Positions 61,220 through 64,000 of a DNA stretch of 64,000 nucleotides are shown in pieces. Location of the stretch: contig CAIIXF020000001.1 in assembly GCA_903813345.2 (NCBI GenBank), positions 43,958,001 to 44,022,000 on the forward strand, written 5' to 3'. Position 1 is the first letter of the stretch, and the number at the start of each line of letters is the position of its first letter. The position numbers were made by a program, and so were the translations under genes. The stretch comes from Owenia fusiformis (taxonomy: Eukaryota). The notes below the pieces were generated by a model. It was not told where the DNA came from, did not search any database, and saw only the letters and a program-made list of their open reading frames with translations.

Positions 61220-64000
61220 TTAATGATCTTAATGTCAAATCTTACAAATCAAGAACTATATTTATCTATACATATTCTTCAATCCAACTGGTGTCAATCA
61301 TCATTCATAACTTTATGGTAATATTCATGAATCTAGACACATAGACCCATATTCATCAACTTATCCTCATGTTTGAAATGACTTATTAATTTGTCTCTCC
61401 AATGAAAAACAAAGACAATATGACAACATATGAGATTTAATTCAATATTATTCAATGGAAAGAATGGTATTAAAAGTGAAAAGTAGACTAATCCGTCATG
61501 TCATGATATCCTAAAAGTGAATAATATATATATATGATGGAATCAAACAAATTGTGGTCTCAAAGGTAATTATTTGTGTCTTACCACAATCTAGTTCTTT
61601 CAACCACCAGTTGATAAACATGAGCGGTAAATATGGGACACCCTGTATCTGGTTGAATTTACAAACCACAGATTAACGAAGACATCAAAACTGCATGGTG
61701 GACAGTTTATTTACTGGTCAAATCAATTCTTTACTATTAATGATTTTATAGTTTTGATGTTATGATCTCAAATGGAGTGTTCAGCCTCCTATGAAAGTTA
61801 GAATGTGAAGTGATTGTTAGATGTAGTGAGGTGATTTTAAGACTACAGATTAGAGGCATGATCAAAAAGTTATGTCTAAATTAGAGCAAAATGATCTCTT
61901 GTAAATGGTACAGTAGTTCCATTTTGGATATGAGAATTCATGTGCCTGGAAAAATTACAATTGGGCCGTTTGACAGAACGTTGACTGTTTACTCAATTTG
62001 TAGGTGTGTGTACTTTGTCCAGTAGCACAAAGAAAACTTGTGGTTCCAGTTTAGACGTCATGTAATAGGCTTATAGTATCAATGCATATATTGCTATAAA
62101 GAATGTCAATCAGCACTCTTATAGAGAGCATATTCCCAAACAATGTGACTGACACATATCCTGGCAGACAAAGCTTGTGAGAAAGACCCAGGCAATGGCC
62201 CAATTCATAATGTACCAACAGCGATAACAAAGGGCCATCGCTTACAGTGAGCTACAGGCAAAGCAATACCTATATGAGCTACATATAGTTACAGTCAACC
62301 AATCTACAGTATCATATTGCATGAAAAGTTACACCAAGATTTTTTCTTAAAGGCAAAAAATTCTTGTTTTTACGATTTGAAGTAACTTGGTCAAAATGCC
62401 CATTTTTCCTCATTTTTCTCTTTTAATTAATTATGTGCGTAAGCAGTTTATACATGGATGCTAGCTTGTTTTCAATTAGATATAGCTTATAGGCAGAAAA
62501 ATAGAATGTTGTGATATCGAGACTGAGTATTCTGATTTGATATAGCTAAATCAAAGAATTATTTCTGTACCAATTCATATTTCTGAAAACATGTTTTTTT
62601 TTGTTAATATCTATGACAGGACATAAACACTCAAGTTGTCATAGTAACTTGCTAAGCAAATGTTATGACAACTGTCACATTACGAATCATCTATCTTGGC
62701 TTCCCCTGTAAATTATCAATTTATGGTACAGTTATGAGCAATAATGTGAAATATTAATCCACAAAATCCTGAACAAATCTATACTGTGATGGTATCAAAT
62801 GTATTGATTGGTCAGATTAGGACAGTCAGCAATAGCTCCAACTCTATATGACAATATTAATTTTAGTGACATGAGGTAAAATAGTTGGAAGAAAATATAT
62901 TTATTTCAAATGGTTTGGTATGTTGATTTATGAATATTGAATTTAAATGGATTTCAAAATGAAACAATGAGGAAACACAGAGGGCAACATAGAAGAAAAC
63001 AAAATATAAAATGCTCTCAGGGTAGGAAAGAATAATTATGTACAGGTTTGATAAAATTTCCATGAACATGTATTCTGCTACTGCAAGTATTCTTATTTCC
63101 CATGTATAAGCTTTTATGTAACAAAATGTTAATAACTAAATGTTAAGAACGCTTTAAGCAACAGAGTCCATCTAGAAGTAGGTCTGTACCTTTAAATCTC
63201 CTCATTTTTTACCATGAGACAGTCTTCCTCACATTTTCACATGTATTATCAGATCGCCCTATTTATCAGCACAAATCAGAAAAATACACTATGTCACTAT
63301 TTCAATCACTACTTCAAACTTCAGACAAAGTCGTAACTTGGAAATGTGACATCATTACTGGCAAGAAACAACTTTTGGTATAAAGTAAACAATCATCCTA
63401 AGGTGGTTATAGATAAGTTCCAACAACTGAAACCTTGTGAAGATGGTTGGTAATGCTAACTGGGCTGCTGCCAGTAAAACGAAGACAGTCTCTATATACT
63501 GAGAGTGAATGACTTGCTCAGGTAGAATACCCCTTTCACAGAATACTACTGTATTATTATGCACATGTATCAGGCAAATAGCTTGGATAGGATGTAAACG
63601 AGGAACCTTCACCTTTCAAAGGAAACCCAGCCTGGGAATATCTGATAAAGGTGGATTAGGTTACATTTTCTTGGCATAAAGCATTGTTCACCCAAAGTAA
63701 CTATTAAGGCACTATGATACTCTTACTGGTGGCCCAATATATATAAATATATAGACAGACTGAGGCAGAAATCAGTAAACATTATTTCATGAAGGTGAAT
63801 TCATGACCACACCCTAATACATAGGTGTAAAACATGATCTTTGACATGACTGGGTTTTCTCTGTGTTTGCTTGCAGATTTTCCTCATAATATATATCACC
63901 TTGAAGTTATAATTGTACAAATGTTTAGCATAGGTGGTATAGGTCTGATTACTAGAGATCATTGAATAGTTTTGTTGATGCAATCTTAACAATCTCAAAT

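Noticed and set aside
58808..64000. Search for SSBP LUFS-domain exons or an autonomous transposase/Rep-helicase ORF
   Set aside because: None found; the short ORFs here have non-coding, AT-rich composition

Overview
AT-rich, intron-rich eukaryotic DNA, most likely from a bilaterian invertebrate (taxon not determinable from this window); nothing prokaryotic is visible. Almost all ORFs in the supplied track are spurious, and the real genes were rebuilt by hand from splice sites. In order: (1) the last three coding exons of ALKBH7 (+, 149-1732); (2) an unrecognised 163-aa ORF in a single coding exon (+, 9275-9766), preceded by a 3' splice site fused directly to a 5' splice-site consensus; (3) a complete four-exon thioredoxin (+, 13216-16842, WCGPC, 107 aa); (4) eleven 3' exons of a large SSBP2/3/4 (Ssdp) gene on the minus strand (58807 down to 21989; the N-terminal LUFS exons lie beyond the window) with a probable ~3.2 kb 3'UTR converging on thioredoxin. 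Introns and intergenic DNA carry two related Helentron/DINE-1-like (HINE) families with two copies each, many MITEs (TA, TTAA and 5-8 bp target duplications; one carries a tRNA-like cassette) and several minisatellites with higher-order structure. Best leads: the orphan ORF with its AG|GTAAGG junction, the tRNA-Pro-like body with an Ala anticodon inside a TTAA MITE, tandem hairpins with a repeated loop in the SSBP 3'UTR, a candidate poison microexon, and compensatory changes in HINE subterminal repeats. Homology calls rest on remembered family sequences; no database search was run.
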